Origin: a virus
Length of the DNA: 64,000 nucleotides
IMG/VR virus record: IMGVR_UViG_3300050821_001428
Location: 1-64,000 of that record
Direction: 5' to 3' (one strand)
The first letter of the stretch is position 1. Every line of letters starts with the position of its first letter. Shown piece after piece: positions 62,631-64,000 of the stretch. The translations under genes were made by a program, and so were the position numbers. The notes below the pieces were generated by a model. It was not told the origin of the DNA. It saw only the letters and a program-made list of their open reading frames with translations, and made no database searches.

Positions 62631-63711
62631 ATACTATGAATTCGTAGATGATATTGATCTTGATGCTCTATACGAAGCAATCGGATTTGATCCCCTAGTA
62701 AATATAAAGGACAATGACATTGGGCATTGTCTATTTCCAGACAATCATTCCCATGGCGATACAACTGGTAAATTTGCTATTCATCGCGGCAAGAAGATTT
62801 ATAATTGCTATAAGTGTGGTGGAGGGTCGCTACTATCCTTGATAGTAGAATTATATGGGTGGACCGTGGAGGAAGCTACCCGTTATTTACGTACATTTGC
62901 CATCGGTGATACTCGGAGCGATTCTGAATTTGCAGATCATTTGATGAAGATGTTGGGATATCAGGGAGAGAAACCATATCCTATTCCATACTTCAACGAA
63001 CGTGTACTTGATAAATTTGACGGGCCAGTCGACTACTTTAGGCGCAGAGGTATCTCTAATGAAGTAATCAATGACTGTCGCCTATGTTATTCAACGGAGG
63101 TAGTTAGAACAGCACCGATTAGGATGCGTGATAATGAATCCGTGAAAATCGATACGGACTATGTAGGTCCGGCTGCAATTTTCCCACATTTTTGGAAGGG
63201 CCGTCTTGTCGGATGGCAATCACGATGGATTGATTATCCAGATCCTAATCAACACCGACATACAGATGACACATTTCCCAAGTGGCTACCTAAGTATACG
63301 AATACTAGCTCATTTCCAAAGCATAATTCAATATATAATTATGACTGGTGCTTAACACAGAGCGATAAGATAGTAATCTGTGAGTCGGTGCCAACGGTAC
63401 TATTTTTGCGATCTAATGGTATACCTGCTATAGCATATTTTGGCGATGCACCAAGTCAAGAACAGTTAAAGATGTGTCGTCGTTTTACCCAAGGTGTAAT
63501 CTTAGCTCCCGACAACGACAGTAATGGTGATAAACTACTTATTAGTGCTACTAACGCGCTTCAAGACTTTATTGATGTGTGGCACGTACCCAAGGTTGGT
63601 GCGTCCCATGATGATCTAGGGACATATGCAGACTATGAAGATGGCCCACAACTTGTAAAGGAGCATTTAGACCTAGCTGAATTATCATATCTAATACCTA
63701 GCTATTACTAA
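62620..63711 (+). CDS. dnaG: DNA primase (CHC2 zinc finger + TOPRIM)
   Basis: CLFP..H...CYKC, PKY.N, ICES and PDND. Confidence 0.88.
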   Translation: MKIRYYEFVDDIDLDALYEAIGFDPLVNIKDNDIGHCLFPDNHSHGDTTGKFAIHRGKKIYNCYKCGGGSLLSLIVELYGWTVEEATRYLRTFAIGDTRSDSEFADHLMKMLGYQGEKPYPIPYFNERVLDKFDGPVDYFRRRGISNEVINDCRLCYSTEVVRTAPIRMRDNESVKIDTDYVGPAAIFPHFWKGRLVGWQSRWIDYPDPNQHRHTDDTFPKWLPKYTNTSSFPKHNSIYNYDWCLTQSDKIVICESVPTVLFLRSNGIPAIAYFGDAPSQEQLKMCRRFTQGVILAPDNDSNGDKLLISATNALQDFIDVWHVPKVGASHDDLGTYADYEDGPQLVKEHLDLAELSYLIPSYY

Positions 63712-63738
63712 CAAACCGTAAGATAATAGTTAGACTTC

Positions 63739-63861
63739 ATGTTCACCAAGACCGCTGATATTCCAACTTCCTCTGCAAAGATTGTCCCTCATGATGATCC
63801 CCAGGTTAAGAAGATCAAGGAAGATTTATCCTCGGGCAAGAAAATCAAGAAGTCACTGTAA
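63739..63861 (+). CDS. small protein, 40 aa (MFTKTADIP...)
   Basis: below the ORF-track cutoff; preceded by TAATAGTTAGA late-type motif. Confidence 0.4.
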   Translation: MFTKTADIPTSSAKIVPHDDPQVKKIKEDLSSGKKIKKSL

Positions 63862-63926
63862 CTAAATAGCATACCTGTGCTATAGTTTATTCATCGACTC
63901 TATATGAGTCACTATTAAAGGATAAT

Positions 63927-64000
63927 ATGCCTAATTTCAATAAGGACGCCGCTAATCGCGGTAATGAAGTAGTCGAGCGTGGTACCGGAGGCGGTAATTT
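63927..64000 (+). CDS. start of the next gene (truncated by the window edge; possibly an SSB)
   Basis: RBS AAGGA, MPNFNKDAANRG...; follows primase. Confidence 0.45.
   Translation, partial: MPNFNKDAANRGNEVVERGTGGGN

Overview
A 64-kb segment of a large tailed dsDNA phage, probably infecting an actinobacterium (TTGACA/TATACT promoters, leaderless starts, gene families typical of large actinophages). The backbone is AT-richer and carries several visibly GC-rich islands. Layout: (1) 1-7.3 kb, small minus-strand accessory genes with strong leaderless promoters and Gly-X hexamer repeats. (2) 7.3-18 kb, an ART-like gene, tail fibre, rIIA/rIIB, a permuted papain-like amidase and a GC-rich island with a DNA methyltransferase and a RyR-domain gene. 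(3) 18-41.8 kb, a late/virion module: intein-split SWIM protein, NTase-ART fusion, a CCA-adding enzyme fused to ART-like and ParB-like domains, portal with a mini-intein, and TerL with two inteins. (4) 41.9-54.3 kb, an RNA array with 33 tRNA genes lacking encoded CCA, a tmRNA, a well-supported RNase P RNA-like gene, anticodon-less tRNA mimics, five HNH genes, a Tad1-like anti-defence gene and spacers resembling conserved rRNA segments (best case: an exact 20-nt match to 23S helix 69). (5) 54.4-64 kb, split MazG-like gene, intein-containing class II RNR, an AT-rich putative origin and a divergent replication operon (kinase, DnaC-like loader, DnaB, primase). The leading candidate for a new system is a phage-encoded tRNA-maturation kit (RNase P RNA, CCA enzyme, CCA-less tRNAs, tmRNA), possibly with rRNA-complementary spacer RNAs. 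All calls were made by eye with no database searches; family assignments rest on recalled motifs.
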